Positions 57,959 to 58,146 of a stretch of 58,146 bases of DNA are shown here, piece by piece. The notes under the pieces were generated by a model that worked only from the letters and a program-made list of their open reading frames with translations, was not told the origin of the DNA and searched no databases. Made by a program: the position numbers and the translations under genes. Source of the stretch: a virus (lineage: Duplodnaviria > Caudoviricetes); IMG/VR virus record IMGVR_UViG_3300022920_000008, positions 1-58,146 of that record; one strand, given 5' to 3'. Position 1 is the first letter of the stretch, and every line of letters begins with the position of its first letter.

Positions 57959-57968
57959 CTATAATAAC

Positions 57969-58044
57969 ACTCCTCTAGCTCAATGGTTAGAGCAGAACGC
58001 TCATAACGTTTTGGTTACAGGTTCGAGTCTCTCCACCTATGCCA
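57969..58044 (+). pseudogene. chimeric/pseudo tRNA with CAT anticodon (Met/Ile2-type 5' part)
   Basis: D and anticodon arms are intact, but the T stem (ACAGG/CTCTC) and acceptor stem (ACTCCTC/CACCTAT) do not pair; still ends in GCCA. Confidence 0.75.
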
Positions 58045-58048
58045 ATTA

Positions 58049-58125
58049 CTCGGATTAGCGCAGTCTGGCAGCGCATCTGCTTTGGGAGCAGAGGGTCGTA
58101 GGTTCGAATCCTACATCCGAGACCA
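58049..58125 (+). tRNA. trnP: tRNA-Pro(TGG)
   Basis: CTCGGAT/ATCCGAG acceptor stem; TCTGC-ttTGGga-GCAGA; CCA end. Confidence 0.95.
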
Positions 58126-58146
58126 AAATAAAAATAAAAAACTTGC

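Noticed and set aside
1-58146. Stop-codon reassignment, inteins or a reverse-transcriptase/DGR system
   Set aside because: Core genes are full-length under the standard code, no suppressor tRNA is present, and no RT or intein motifs were seen.

Overview
A 58 kb segment of a large T4-superfamily-like myovirus genome. It uses the standard genetic code and has no CRISPR array or rRNA. Left arm (1-12.7 kb, minus strand): a sigma70-driven accessory operon with glycosyltransferase-like genes, DHFR, an APS-kinase-like gene, an HxGH nucleotidyltransferase, ThyA, three radical SAM genes, two sulfotransferases and a MORN-repeat gene cut by the window edge. 12.9-36.2 kb (minus): late tail/baseplate module (gp48/54-, gp53-, gp27-, gp5-, gp25- and gp6-like genes, a 3489-aa gp7-like wedge protein and fibre-associated genes). 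36.3-41.9 kb (plus): gp55 late sigma, gp47/gp46 and a GIY-YIG nuclease followed by a ~420-nt highly structured non-coding stretch. 41.9-42.9 kb (minus): gp26/gp51-like hub chaperones joined by an apparent programmed -1 frameshift signal. 43-57.2 kb (plus): three tandem tape-measure-like paralogues, portal, scaffolds, prohead protease and major capsid protein. The right end holds two further candidate structured RNAs and a tRNA cluster (Trp, Lys, a chimeric CAT tRNA, Pro). The most notable candidates are the large ncRNA beside the GIY-YIG gene, the gp26-gp51 frameshift, the triplicated tape-measure genes with different C-terminal cargoes, a possible phage PAPS/sulfation pathway and the promoter-driven ~180-nt RNA ahead of the tRNAs. 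All protein calls come from motif recognition and synteny and all base pairings were traced by eye; no searches were run.
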